Shown: positions 12,812 through 25,747, counted from the first letter of the whole stretch. The stretch is 63,567 nt of DNA, filler included, from Chiloscyllium plagiosum (GCF_004010195.1; 5 parts of one record of this genome joined end to end with filler, not necessarily neighbours in it), one strand, 5' to 3'. Translations and numbers: made by a program. Notes: generated from the sequence alone by a model not told the origin.

Positions 12812-12925
12812 AGTGAGCAGATGCTGGAGACCAGAGTTGAGAGTGTGGTGCTGGAAAAGCACAGCAGGTCAGGCAGCATCCGAGGAGCAGGAGAATCAAC
12901 GGTTTGGGCAAAAGCTCTTCATCAG
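12812..12925 (-). mobile_element. Penelope family-A terminal repeat (solo)
   Basis: GCAGATGCTGGAGA...GGTGCTGGAAAAGCACAGCAGG...GGGCAAAAGCTCTTCATCAGG. Confidence 0.85.
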
Positions 12926-13592
12926 GGCACCTTCAGTTCCTCTTCCCATTAAACTCACAGCAACCTTGTAAATTCAGATTGAGCCAAATTACTTGTGAAA
13001 TTGAATTGAATGATCTTTAGGTGGCACCGAGAACAGAAAGTGCAAAAGCAGACAGATTGCCAAAAGGACCCCGAAGGTTGTTAAGGCCGTTCAGAGAAAG
13101 GAACTTGGTCACTTTTTACTGTAATGGTTCCTGCTTCCAGTTCCACTCTCGATATCTTGAGTCGTGATGTTCAGTAAATGTAGTCGATTAAACAAACAAA
13201 AGGCTCATTGCCAATGTATCTGCCACCAATGACCAATGAAAGTGGCTTTACCAATGTTCATACAATCAAATGAATAAATAAGATTCCAACGTGCCTTATC
13301 TGAGAAGTGGAAAGGTTTTGGCTGCTGTTCAATTTTTCCGAATCATTTATTAATCTTAGGATGGTGATGGGGAGAGCACGTGGAGGAATGGGAAGCCAGA
13401 TCCCTTATAGTTTTCAGGGAGTTAAAGCTGAGCTCGGTGTTGGGGGAGGGGCATCAGTAAACTGCGCTGTAAACCAAGAATACTGGCCTAGTTAGCCTAA
13501 TCTCTTCAATGGTTTCCTCACATTTGACATGGGTGTGGTAACATCTGATTTCTGTGGTAAAGAACCAGTTTATCAGGTTTTTTTAGGCTAAA

Positions 13593-13832
13593 ATTACTTA
13601 GTGTGGAAACAAGCCCTTCAGCCCAACAAGTCCACACCGACCCTCCAAAGAGCAACCTACCCAGACCCATTCCTCTACATTTACCCCTTCACCTAACACA
13701 ACGGGCAATTTAGCATGGCCAATTCACCTAACCTGTGGGAGGAAACCGGAGCACGCGGAGGAAACCCACGCAGACATGGGGAGAATGTGCAAACTCCACA
13801 CAGACAGTCGCCTGAGGTGGGAATTGAACTTC
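13593..13832 (-). mobile_element. HE1-like SINE
   Basis: Reverse complement of the HE1 tail, body and B box (GGGAATTGAAC). Confidence 0.88.
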
Positions 13833-14634
13833 ATTAATGTCCCTCAGTAAAGACAATCTATCACCCTAATTAGGTCTGTCTAGCATTTGGCTCAAGTCCC
13901 ACTTTATGATTAAACTTAATAAATATATGCCGCCAATGCCTGGCACATACAGAGAGCAATTATTTAAAAAAAATTGCTTCCTTCTGTGCTGCAACTGTTT
14001 TATAAGTTCTGTTGTACTAGATTTCATTTCCTTCTCTATACCTTCAAACTGTACTAGTATTCCCTTCCTTTCTCCCCTCACGCAGCCTGTTATTGCTTTT
14101 CTGAAGCTGTTATGCTGCCACATTTTTCAAGTAGATCAGTTTGGTTTTACTGGTGTTTGTTTTCCCACATTCCTGATCTGTCTGTGCCTTGACTGGGTTT
14201 TACAGCTCTGTCAGTAAGGCAGAATGACTCATGTTTAATGAGGACTCTCCTAGTCTCATTATGATGCAATTGGATAAAGCCTCCCTCAACGGACCCCATA
14301 CTGTTCATCACTAATCAATCTCATCTGTAACCACTGCTTCTGGTTTGCTTCATTCCAGCTTCGGAATCAGTTAACAGTTTATTGTTAATTAATTGACTTC
14401 AGCCCAGAATCCTGATCCTTGTTGAAAACTTCTACATAAACGAGCTGAAAGAAACGTCGCCTGATACGAGTTTTAAAATGACACCAGTAAAATGGAGATA
14501 TTTCTAGGTATCAGAAACCTGAGCTCGTTTTCTTTCAAAGAAGCCATTAAGGGAACAGAATTTATTGCAGTCAGCAATTGAGTAGCACCAGCCTTTAAAT
14601 TCTATGACACTTCGGTCGTGGGACAGTGTCAATA

Positions 14635-14840
14635 CATCCAGAGATGTGCAGGTTAGGTGAATTGGCCGATCTAAGTTGCCCATAGTATTCAGGGATGTGT
14701 AGGTTAAGTACATTAGTCAGGGATAAATATAGAGTAATAGGGTAGAGGAATGGTCTGGGTGGGTTACTCTTGGGAGGGTCACTGTGGACCTGTTAGGTTG
14801 AAGGGCCAGTTTTCTCACTGTAAGGATTCTAGGATTCTAT
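14635..14840 (+). mobile_element. HE1-like SINE 3' half
   Basis: AGATGTGCAGGTTAGGTGAATTGGCC...GGATTCTAGGATTCTAT. Confidence 0.82.
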
Positions 14841-15449
14841 GAGCCCTGGGGTCAGGTCCCACCTGCCCCAGCAGTTTGTAGTTACAACTCAGAATGGGTA
14901 GTTTAGAAAATGTCAGTGGGCAGATTGCTGCCAGTGTGAGAGGGAATGGGTTATCTTCAGGCATTGACATATTTCCTCTGTAAGCTGAATTGAACAGCAC
15001 AGTGTCTGAATGCAGCATGGTAAGTTACATTCAATGTCGGGTCAGGTAAAGGAAGTGAGATTGCAAGAGATATAACGATGGGTTGAAGAGGGAGGGTGAA
15101 GACATGTTTGCATTTAAAAACAAAACCTCCAACATCAATTAAAAGCTAAAGGAATTGGATGCCACACTTATAACAGTTTTCATTGTTAGAGAGGTTAATC
15201 TGTGGTACTTGAGATTCGTTAATCCATTAAGAAGAATGATTTACTGTCCAAACTTTCTACAGCAAGTCTAATACATATTTACTGTGTGAGTCAAGGAGTT
15301 TCACACTGTACAGTGAACATTAATGATTAATTAGATAGTGAGCCTCTGGTTTCAGAAATGTTAACAGCAGAGTGATAACCCTCAGAGAGCAGCAATAAGC
15401 TCTGTTCCCTCATCGTGATGTTGATAGTAAACTGGAGCTTATCATTTTG

Positions 15450-15549
15450 ATTCAGTGGTGCTGGAAGAGCACAGCAATTCAGGCAGCATCCGAGGACAGG
15501 CAAAATCGACGTTTCGGGCAAAAGCCCTTCATCAGGAATAAAGGCAGAC
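15450..15549 (-). mobile_element. Penelope family-A terminal repeat with intact hammerhead core (15504-15539)
   Basis: Reverse complement reads ATTC-CTGATGA-AGGGCTTTTGCCC-GAAA-CGTC-GATT. Confidence 0.87.
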
Positions 15550-15660
15550 AGTGCAGTGTTCCCTCAGTACTGATCCTCTGACAGTGCGGCACTCCCTCAG
15601 TACTAACCCTCTGACAGTATTGAACCTCTGACAGTGCGGTGTTCCCTCAGTACTAGCTCA
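15548..15660. repeat. short tandem repeat, about 33-bp unit GACAGTGCRGYRYTCCCTCAGTACT..., about 3 copies
   Basis: TCCCTCAGTACT and CCTCTGACAGT each occur three times. Confidence 0.75.
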
Positions 15661-15877
15661 TGAGTGTCAGCCTCGATTATCACCTGAGGCGTTTAGAATG
15701 GAGATGGATGTAGCCAATGGAAAATGATTAAAATCAGAAATGAGCATAAAATCCAGATTGGAAGAACTCGGGGATCTGGGTCGGCTGGAGGAGATTTCAG
15801 GGATAATTTGGGTGGCCATGACACGTGTTTAATCCCAGAGTGTTAAAGAAGGTAATGTCTCTGGATTGAGGGTCTAC

Positions 15878-15991
15878 CTGTAGTTGAAGTGCATGACAGC
15901 CTGGATTGCAGTCCCTCCCCCTGTCGAGATGTCTCCTTCGAAACCTGGCATCAGGGGCGTCACTACATAGACACGAAACCTCTGCTTCGCC
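15878..15991 (-). CDS. PLD1: internal coding exon of phospholipase D1 (between the two HKD domains)
   Basis: Acceptor ttttgtttatttgtgcAG, donor GTagac. 114 nt, phase 2-2. Encodes (R)[37 protein letters not shown](R), matching from memory vertebrate PLD1 [38 protein letters not shown] favours PLD1 over PLD2 (HFTYR). Confidence 0.92.
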
Positions 15992-17245
15992 CTGCACAAA
16001 TAAACAAAATCACAGTGAAACCAAGCTGACCACACTACCAAGTGGGTCAAGCAGAAAGATTGGAGTCTGTATGTCCATAAATAGTTGTAGATGGCACAAC
16101 GAGTTGAGATGGTTGGAGTCCGGGTCATACCTGGATCAATATGTGGAGGCCTACATTGACTAAATTGGTCAAAATTCACAAATCATTGGATAGCCCCCAA
16201 CTGGAGGACTGTGTCCAAGTCTTGGAACCAAATTCAGGAAGAGTGACAAGATCTTGAGGGGGTAAGGGGGCAAGAGACAATTTACAAGATGACTCCAGAG
16301 ACAATGAGTTTGGTTACGTGTACAGAGACCTGGATCAATCTCCTGAGAACTGAGAAGAAGTTGTCAGGAATTTTAACTTGATGCTCCAAACAATGCAAGG
16401 TTTTGATGCAATAGATCATTTCCAATGGCAGGAGGAATAGGAAATGCAGGGATGCAGATTTAGGTTAATTCCTGAAACATTTCATGAGGATGATAGGATT
16501 TTTTTTTCATGTCATGAGTCTGATCTGGAATGCTTCACCTAACAGGGTGGAGGAACCAGATCAAATCGTCACTTTCAAAAGGAAGTGAATAAATATTGCA
16601 AAAGGAGAATTTTCAGGATTAGGGCAATTGCAGGCTTGGTGGATTAATAGCTTTTTCAAAGGGTCAGCAGATAATATGATGGGCTGAATGGACTCTACAT
16701 GCGTTGACTCATTCCAAGTTTTTCAACACCTTTCCTCATCAAATTATTTGATGCTGTAGCATCACCTCCCCATGGTGAAGCAATACCACAGTTGACTACA
16801 ATGCAGCCAATATTTAGACCAGCATTTCATCTTTAACCTCTCTCCTATGCCCAATTCAAAGTTACTCTGCTCTCCAACCACCAGCAGATGTCAACACTGA
16901 GCCTTTCAGGAGAAAGCAGTGACACCTCCTGGGTCCAAGTGCATACCGACTCAGGATTGGTAAGTTGTATGGAATCAGCTTGTCTCAAACCAGACACTGA
17001 ACTTGAAGGGAAGCAATGATACTGTGATAGGGTTCAGGTTAGATGCTGATGATCCTTTTGCATACATCTTCTTTCCATTAGCCAAATGGTCATTCACCTA
17101 TTCTCTTAACATCTGTCCCTTAGCCAATTCTTTAATATTATTTGGATAACACCATGTGCTATTTTCCAACTGTGTTAAGTCAGTCTTTATTACACGTCTT
17201 GTGTATCTATCAGGAAACATTGAACATATAAATAACATATATTGC

Positions 17246-17357
17246 GGATGTAGGTTTGCTCACTGGTTCGTTTTTATTGAAACGTTGGAAAAGACGAACC
17301 TTACAGCTCAGCAAGCTATCCTACATCCAGAACCTCAACCTGATCTACAAATCTTGC
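17246..17357. mobile_element. miniature fold-back insertion (Penelope-type terminus, family E) with 13-bp TSD
   Basis: TAACATATATTGC at 17233-17245 and 17358-17370. GGATGTAGG...GGTTCGT inverted against ACGAACC...CCTACATCC. Central GAAACGTT, about 30-nt tail. Confidence 0.7.
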
Positions 17358-18929
17358 TAACATATATTGCACTACCATCATCAACCCTCTGTTTTGGATT
17401 CAAAAAATTTAATCAGCTTAATTAGGCACACCTTTTAAATTCTTCATTTTTGAGCTGTAAACAACTGGAAATGGCACTTCTCAAAATTTTTTAAAAATTA
17501 TCCAACCCTGAATACCCTTGAATAGGTTGTGGTAAAGTACTACATTTGAGTTGGCTACTTCAGCCATTTCAGAGCGCATTAAGAGTCAACCACATTAACT
17601 GTGTCTCTGGAATCACATGTAGGCCAGACATAGTAAAGATAGCAAATTTCCTTTCCAACAATCTGGTGGATCATTAGTAAATTTAGCTTTTTATTCTCGA
17701 TTTATGAACTAGTTGAGGGTGAATACAAACAAGGATTTAGAGGCACTCTACAGCAAACAATTTGAATGTTACCAGAACTGGGAGCTTATATCTATCAGGA
17801 AACATTGAACAGGCCAGAGCTCTTCTGTTTAGAAAATGTAGAGAGATTGGAGAAGCTGGAATGTTGCCCTCAGATAATTTTTTTCTTTTATTCTTGTCTA
17901 ATTGCATAACTCTTTCACAGGGCAGGATTGCCTCGTCTGTGCTGAATCACAATGATTTGAAACTAATTCCCTTGTTACAGAAAAACCACAAGTTTGCAAA
18001 TAAAAATATTTGATGCTGCCATCTCCTCGACATGATGAAGCCAGTCTCGGCTGAGTGAGTGACTGATCAAGGTCTTTAAAATTAAGGAAGTGCTTGATAG
18101 GGTATACGCAGAGAAGATTTATCACTATTTGTAAGCCAGGACTGGGAATCATCAATCTAAGATAGTGATTAATCAATCCAATCAGGAATTCAGGAGATGT
18201 ATCCAGAGAGGTAACTCACTCTCATAGGGAGTAGTCAGGATAGATAGCCTTGATGTGACACATTGGATGAAAGCTTACATTGAAGAATCATTAGTCTGCC
18301 TCATGGGATAACCAGTTAGGTGACAGCACCACCAGGCTGCTGTTACCTGTTTTGTCTGGCAGAATCTCTGGCTCAAATCACTTCTCAACCAATGAAACAC
18401 TTTCTCCACAGCTTGGTGACTGCATTAATGTGGCATCCACAGCAAGCAAACAGTGCACAGCGATATCCAACTAAGAGGAATGGAATAAAGTAGCAGCTAA
18501 CATGATTTAGTGGTGCTTGCTTGAACTCAGTCAGTAATGACACTGTGGAAGTCTGGGGGCTTCAAATCTCAAGCCAGACATTTGGTCACATGATCTTGGT
18601 TAAAATGTCTAAAGCTTCACTACCTAGCTTCACCACATGAAATAATAAAATGAAGACCTTGCACTTTTATACTGTCTTTCACCACCTCACAATGGCTCAA
18701 AGAACTAAGCAACCAACAACTTATTTTTTTAAAGTGTAGTCGCTGTTATAATGGAGGTCATTATGGCAGCTGATTTTGACACAGCAAGCTCCAACAAACA
18801 ACATTGTGATTAACGTCTAGAAAATTTGTTTCAGTGTTTGCCATTGGCATTTCTGGTGTCTAGATGGATGTGGATGGTTTATCCAGTTTTATTTCTTTGT
18901 TAAGGCTTTACAGCAGTTTAAAAAAGTGA

Positions 18930-19131
18930 CTCTATGCTACTCTCTCCCCACCCCCACCCTCCTCTAGCTTATCTCTCCACGCTTCAGGCTCTCTGCCTTT
19001 ACTCCTGATGAAGGGCTTTTGCCCGAAACGTCGATTTTGCCTGTCCTCGGATGCTGCCCGAATTGCTGTGCTCTTCCAGCACCACTGATCCAGAATCTGG
19101 TTTCCAGCATCTGCAGTCATTGTTTTTACCT
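18930..19131 (+). mobile_element. Penelope family-A terminal repeat with intact hammerhead (19001-19036)
   Basis: CTGATGA at 19005-19011, GGGCTTTTGCCC, GAAACGTC. Same tail as 4221-4255. Confidence 0.88.
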
Positions 19132-19176
19132 TATCATTTTGAGACAACCTCATTGAACCTCTAAAATTTATTTGGA

Positions 19177-19395
19177 TTCTAGACGAGAGTAGTGCTGGAA
19201 AAGCACAGCAGTTCAGGCAGCATCCGAGGAGCAGGAAAATCGATGTTTTGGGCAAAAGCCCTTCATCAGGGTGAAGGGCTTTTGCCCGAAACGTCCATTT
19301 TCCTGCTCCTCGGATGCTGCCTGAACTGCAGTGCTTTTCCAGCACCACTCCAGTCTAGAATCTGGTTTCCAGCATCTGCAGCCCTTGCTTTTACC
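19177..19395. mobile_element. Penelope family-A fold-back with TSD
   Basis: CTAAAATTTATTTGGA (19161-19176) vs CTAAATATTATTTGGA (19395-19410). Arms meet at about 19268-19272, about 34-nt tail. Confidence 0.88.
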
Positions 19396-19842
19396 TAAAT
19401 ATTATTTGGAGTCAACTGAAAAACAGTTGACTGCCAGATGACTGGTGAAGGATTCAAACACCAGGAACAACACAACGAGGCAGGAAAGGAAGTCAGCTGG
19501 CCAACATGGAAACCTTATTTTGAATTGTGTTCCTGGAGTAATGTACTGAGCTGGACAGTGTCAGTTCAAGCTATAATTGCTGTGTGTTTCTGGAGAAGGA
19601 GAAGCTTATGCTGTGAGCTTCATAGAAGCTTAGAGCAGAGAAAGAGCCCATCGTGTCTTTGCCAGCTCTCAGGAAAAAAAACTTCCCCAATAGTAATATT
19701 CTTGTCCCATTGCAGTGAAACTTACTTCTCTCCAACTGTGTGTGTGTACCTATGAAATTCTGCTTTAAAAGCTGCTATAAATTTAATCCATGTTAAAAAA
19801 AGGCTTGACATACGTGAACTCAATGTGTATACTCAAAGAAGA

Positions 19843-20135
19843 ATCATAGAATCCCTACAGTGTGAAAGCCAGCCATTCAGCCCATACCAACCCTCTGAAG
19901 AGCATTCCACCCATATCCACATTTCCTATAGCTAATCCACCCAGCCTAGGCACTATGGGCAATTTAACATGGCCAATCCACCTAACATACATTGCTTTGG
20001 ACTGTGGGAGGAAACTGGAGCATGCCCACACAGACACAGGGAGAATGTGCAGACTGCACACAGACAGTTGCCTGAGGATGGAACTGAACCCAGGTCCCTG
20101 CTGTAGTGTTCTAACCACTAAGCCACCATGTTGCC
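19843..20135 (-). mobile_element. HE1-like SINE
   Basis: Reverse-complement A box (CTAACCACTAAGCCACC), B box, body and CATAGAATCCC tail. Confidence 0.87.
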
Positions 20136-20709
20136 AATGTAAACAGGTGACCCACTTAGGGGTAAGGAGGTGTTGCTGTTAGTGATTGAGAAAATCAGGG
20201 GTTGTGTTGCCAGTTCAAATGGCAGCTATTCAGTGCCGCTTGATCAATTGTCATGTATTAATTCTGCATTTGAGTAAATCAAGTGGACAACCCAAGATAA
20301 ATTGACTAATAGCTTGGACGTTTGCCAGAGCTTCACAAGGGAAGCATTGTTGCAAGAGTATCACCATATTAACTTGCACGAGAGTCTGTTGTCCTGGGCT
20401 AGGATGGGGGTTGGGGGGACAGAGCGGTTTCAAAACTGCTTCCTACAGCCCTGAGGGTAAGCTGTTTCAGAGCTTTTAAAAATAAAATGATAAGCCTTTC
20501 AACAGTTATGTGTCACACTTGATTCCATTACAATAACTGTTTTGTCTCACATGCTTGCTAACAACAGCTTCTGTACAGCTATTCTCTCAGTCATGAATAT
20601 TGGTTGCTTTTTGTAAAATGTTGGGACTGGGGCCACATCTTCTTGAGTTGAGTGCAAATTAAGTCTATTTGTTCAGGATAGACACGCACCTTACAAACAG
20701 CGTACGAGA

Positions 20710-21780
20710 TATGACAAAACTCCAGGGGTTGGAGGATTTAAGCTACAGAGAGAGGCTGAATAGGCTGGTGTTATTTTCGCTGGAGTGTCAGAGGCTGTGG
20801 AGTGACCTTGTAGAGGTTTATAAAATCATGAGGCGCATGGATAAGGTGAATGGTCAAGGTATTTCTCTGGGGCAGAGGAGTCCAGAACTAGAGGGCATAG
20901 GTTTAAGGTGAGAAGGAAAAGATTTAAAAGGTACCTAAGGGGTAATTTTTTCATGCAGTGGGTGATGTGTGTATGGAATGAGCTACCAGAGGAAGTGGTG
21001 GAGTAGACAGATCAGAGGCTGGAAGAACACAGCAAGCCAGGCAGCATCAGGAGGTGGAGAAGTCGATGTTTCAGGTGTAACCCTTCTTCAGGACTGGGAG
21101 TTGATGTGGAGGAGCTGCAGATAAAGGAGATGGCAGGGGCAAGGTGGTGAAGTAGGGATAGGTGAAAACAGGCAGAGGGTACGACCTGGTTGGTCAGTGG
21201 GAGGTATGAATCCGGTTGGTGGTAGGGAGCAGTGGAAGAGAGGAGGAGGGGCTGGGAAGGGAGTTGGGGGATGGGAAGGGAGATTATTTGAAATTGGAGA
21301 CTCAATGTTGAGTCCTCCGGGCGAAAGGCTGCCCAGGTGGGAGATGAGGTATTGTTCCTCCAATTTGTGGTTTGGTTTGTTGTGGTAATGGAGGAGGCCA
21401 AATATGATCATGTCAGAAAGGGAGTGAGAAGGGGAATTAAAATGTACAGTGACTGGGAGATCTGAGATGCTCGGTGAACCATTCCCTAAGTTTACTTTTG
21501 GTCTCCCCGATGTAGAGAAGACCACATTGGGAGCACCTGATGCAGTAAACTAGGTTGGAAGAGAGGCAGATGAACGTCTGTCTCACCTGGAAGGAAGTGG
21601 TGGAGGCTGGTACAATTACAGCATTTAAAAGGCATCTGGATAGGTGTATGAATATGAAGGGTTTGGAGGGCTTTGGGCCAAGTGCTGGCAAATGGGACTA
21701 GATTAAGTTAGAATATCTGGTAGGCATGGATGTGTTGAACCAAAGGGTCTGTTTCCATGCTGTACATCTCTATGACTATG
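20710..21780 (+). mobile_element. CR1 LINE 3' end split by a Penelope insertion
   Basis: GLEDLSYRERLNRL...VEVYKIMR. 3' end resumes at 21592 and ends in CTATGACTATGAC. Confidence 0.88.
21004..21591 (-). mobile_element. Penelope family-C 3' fragment (GIY-YIG + hammerhead terminus), 14-bp TSD
   Basis: AGGAAGTGGTGGAG at 20990-21003 and 21592-21605. NLVYCIRCSQCGLLYIGETK, HFNSPSH, KLEEQYLI. Hammerhead at 21061-21095 (minus): AGTC-CTGAAGA-AGGGTTACACCT-GAAA-CATC-GACT. Confidence 0.9.
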
Positions 21781-22059
21781 ACACTAAATGGGAAAAAAAA
21801 TCTTTACACTGTGCTTTCTCAACTCCAAAACATCCTAAAGATCTTCTGTCTAATCACTATGGTAACACAGGAAACATAGCTGTCAATTTGTATTACAGCG
21901 AAATCCCAGAAACAAGAACAAGATAACGACCAGATAATGTATTCTCAGTGATGTTGATTGAAGAATAAATATTGACTGGGACATGAGGCAGAACTCTGTA
22001 ATGTTACTGGACCTTTCCAGTAACCTCAGAATGCCTCAATTTAATGTTTCTTCAAAAAG

Positions 22060-22463
22060 ATAGCTTTGGGGCCAGCGAACTTAATTCTATCCGTTTTAAA
22101 ATCGTGATGGAAAAGGATAGACCAGATCTAAAAGTTGAAGTTCTAAATTGGAGAAAGGCCAATTTTGACGGTATTAGGCAAGAACTTTCGAAAGCTGATT
22201 GGAGGCAGTTGTTCGCAGGTAAAGGGACAGCTGGAAAATGGGAAGCCTTCAGAAATGAGAGAACAAGAATCCAGAGAAAGTATATTCCTGTTAGGGTGAA
22301 AGGGAAGGCTGGTAGGTATAGGGAATGCTGGATGACTAAAGAAATTGAGGGTTTGGTTAAGAAAAAGAAGGAAGCAAATGTCAGGTAGAGACAGGATAGA
22401 TTGAGTGAATCCTTAGAAGAGTATAAAGAAAGTAAGAGTATACTTAAGAGGGAAATCAGGAGG
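22060..22463 (+). mobile_element. CR1 ORF2 fragment (between endonuclease and RT)
   Basis: LNWRKANFDGIRQEL...WEAFR...WMTKEIEGLVKKKKEA. Confidence 0.88.
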
Positions 22464-22563
22464 NNNNNNNNNNNNNNNNNNNNNNNNNNNNNNNNNNNNN
22501 NNNNNNNTTAATTAATTAANNNNNNNNNNNNNNNNNNNNNNNNNNNNNNNNNNNNNNNNNNNN
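22464..22563. other. artificial 100-bp contig spacer
   Basis: 44 N + TTAATTAATTAA + 44 N. Confidence 0.97.
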
Positions 22564-22915
22564 GCCTTGCTGGTCTTTGAGGGGCCCTATTCTCTCCCTA
22601 GTTACCCCTTTTGTACTTAATGTATATGCAAAAACTCTTTGGATTCTCTTTAATTCTATTTGCCAAAGCTATCTCATGTCCCCTTTTTGCCTTCCTGATT
22701 TCCCTCTTAAGTATACTCCTTCTGCCTTTATACTCTTCTAAGGATTCACTCAATCTATCCTGTCTATACCTTACATATGCTTCCTTCTTTTTCTTAACCA
22801 AACCCTCAATTTCTTTAGTCATCCAGCATTCCCTATACCTACCAGCCTTTCCTTTCACCCTGACAGGAATATACTTTCTCTGGATTCTCGTTATCTCATT
22901 TCTGAAGGCTTCTCA
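22564..22915 (-). mobile_element. CR1 ORF2 fragment, same subfamily region as 22235-22463 but inverted
   Basis: KGKAGRYRECWMTKEIEGLVKKKKEAYVRY...IKENPKSF. Confidence 0.88.
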
Positions 22916-23179
22916 AGAATAGCAAACAATAAATGGGGTAAACACATTCCTTGGGAAGATGTAGCCAGGTGAAAATGAATGAATTTAGATGTAATTTGAT
23001 GCAAAGAACAATGAAATGATATGTTTTGCTAGGGAGAATGAGGACAGAATATATGAACTAACAGCACTGTAGGTGGACTTACACCACAAGGCTTGCAGCT
23101 AATCAAAAAGAAAGATCATCATTACCTTCTCAACAGGGACTAGTGATGTTCCATGAAAGCACACACATTTAATGAATTA

Positions 23180-24525
23180 ATTAAAGGAGGGATGATGAGG
23201 AATAGTCAACATGGATTTATTAGAGGGACAGCCTGTCTGACAAATTTATTTAAGTTTTTTGAAAAGGTATTGATGAGGGTAATGCAGTTGATTTTGTTTA
23301 TATGCACTTCTCAAAAGGTCAAGAGCCCGTGGGAGAGTTGGCAAACTGGATCCAAAATTGGCTTACAAATAAGAAGCAGTGGGGGAAGATGGAGAGACGT
23401 TTAAGTGACTGGAAGCCTGTGACCAGTGGTGCATCGCAGGGATTGGTTCTGGGACCTTTTGCTGTTTATTAATGTGCATTAGCGACTTGAATGTGAATTT
23501 AGGGCATTTTATTAGTAAGTTTGCAGATGATGCAAAAATTGTTGGTGCTGTTCATAGTGAGGAGAATGGTCTCAGACTACAGTCTGATCATCCAGTATAT
23601 TGGGTACAGCAATGGAATTTAATCCTGATAGGCATGAGGTGATGCATTTTGGGAGATCTAATATGGGAAGGAAATGCACAATGAATTGTAGGTCCTAAGG
23701 GGTAATGAACAGTAAACGTACCTTTGCTGTTCAAATACATAGATCTCTGAAAGTGTCAGCACAGATGGACACGGTAGTGAAGAAGACTTAGGAAATATTT
23801 GCTTTCATTAGCCAGGGCATAGAATACAAGAGCAAAGAATGACTTTATGAAACATTAGTTATGCTACAGGTGATATGGAGGAGCCAATGTTGGACTGGGT
23901 TGGACAAAATAAAAAATTGTACAACACCAGGTTATAATCCAGCAGGTTTATTTGGAAGCACTAGCTTTTGGTGCGCAGCTCCCCCATCAGGTACCTACAG
24001 ATGCAATACTGTGTGCAGTTCTGGTCACAACACTGTCGGAAAGATGTGATTCCACTGGAGAAGGTGCAGAGGAGATTCACCAGGATGTCACTGGGATGGA
24101 CAGTATGAGGAGAGACTGGATAGGCAGGATTTGTTTCCCTTAGAACAGAGGAGGCTGAGGAGGGATATGATTGAGGAGGGATACAAACTTATGAAATTAA
24201 ATTGTGTGAATCTATTCCCATGGCAGATGTGTCTAAGAGCAGACCGACCATGTTTAAGGTGAGGAGTAAATGGTTGAGAGGAGATCTAAAAAATAACTTC
24301 TGCATCCAGAGGGTGGTAGAAATATGGAAAAGGCTGTGTGAGAGGTTGGTGGAGGCAAGTATTCTCACAACATGTAGGAAGCATCTTGATGAGCACTTAA
24401 AATGCCAGGGCATGGTAACCTGTGGCCCAAGCAGATAAATGGGAATAGTGTAGATTGGTGCTTGTTGCTTGACACTGACATAGTTGGCCGAATGGCCTGT
24501 TTCTATACTGTATGACTATAACTCT
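23180..24525 (+). mobile_element. decayed CR1 RT and 3' end, containing a family-B Penelope terminus at about 23870-23993
   Basis: SQHGF..CLTNL, SKFADDAK, YCVQFWS remnants. Insert is flanked by CTACAG on both sides. Confidence 0.8.
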
Positions 24526-24559
24526 AATAGTGTCGGGAGAGAGGCATCTGAGGAGGTAT

Positions 24560-24995
24560 GTAAACAAACTTTGAACATGACAGGACCACCTGAAATAACC
24601 ACTCCCTCCAGCACCGACACTCCGTAGCAGCGGTATACACTACCAACAAGATGCACTGCAGAAATTCAAAAAAGATACTTAGACAGCACCTTCAAATCTG
24701 TGACCTCAGCACTGAGACGGACAAGGGCAACAAATTCAGGAGATCACCATGACCTGCACGTTCCTCTCCAAGTCGCACAATCTCCTGACTTGGAATCTGT
24801 ATCACGATATCTTCACCAGCACTGGATTGGGATTAAAAACCTGGAACTCTCCTCTCTACAGCATCGTGGATTTCCCTACAACAAATGGACTGAAGCAGCT
24901 CACGAAGCAGGCTCACTGCTGTCCTCTCTAGTCCAAATAATGATAGGTAACAAATTCTGGGCCAGCCAGCAATCCCGTGAAGGAATAAAATGTTG
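24560..24995 (+). mobile_element. 3' end of a second CR1/L2-like LINE family
   Basis: Same 3' region as 33135-33380 (reverse), ending GGCCAGCCAGCAATCCCGTGAAGGAATAAAA. Confidence 0.65.
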
Positions 24996-25269
24996 AGAAG
25001 GCTGTTAAAAAGACTCTGGTCTTTGTTAGGAGGGAACAGAGTACAAATGTAAGGGTGTCCTTATGAAACCGCTGAAGAATCGTGTCCAATTCTGTGCACA
25101 ATCTTGGATGAAGGATAACAACGCCTTGGGTTGGATATGGGGAAAAGCAGAGGGTTGGGTTTAACTGAATATCTACCACAATGCTGGCAGAGTACAGGGG
25201 GGCAAATGGCTTCATTTTGTGCTGCATCCTTCTATAACTCAAGATATATACACAGTGTAATTTTCTATA

Positions 25270-25747
25270 AAGTTAAAAATCACACAACACCAGATTATAG
25301 TCCAATAGGTTTAATTGGAAGCACACTAGCTTTCGGAGCGACGCTCCTTCATCAGGTGATTGTGGAGGGCTCGATCGTAACACAGAATTTATAGCAAAAA
25401 TTTGCAGTGTGATGTAACTGAAATTATACATTGAAGAATTGATTGTCTGTTAAGCCTTTCATCTGTTAGAATACAGATCTTTCATGAAAGAAGTGAAACT
25501 ATCACTGTATTCTAACAGATGAAAGGCTTAACAGACAACCAATTCTTCAATGTATAATTTCAGTTACATCACACTGCAAACGTTTGCTATAAATTCTGTG
25601 TTACGATCGAGCCCTCCACAATCACCTGATGAAGGAACGTCGCTCCGAAAGCTAGTGTGCTTCCAATTAAACCTGTTGAACTACAACCTGGTGTTGTGTG
25701 ATTTTTAACTTTGTACACCCCAGTCCAACACCGGCATCTCCGAATCA
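25270..25747. mobile_element. Penelope family-B terminal fold-back with 12-bp TSD
   Basis: TAATTTTCTATA (25258-25269) vs TAATTGTCTATA (25748-25759). About 205-bp inverted arms around a spacer at about 25477-25505. Hammerheads at 25323-25358 (-) and 25623-25658 (+). Confidence 0.9.

Noticed and set aside
22235..22915. Large inverted repeat centred on the gap
   Set aside because: The arms lie on different segments joined by an artificial spacer, so they are probably collapsed CR1 copies.
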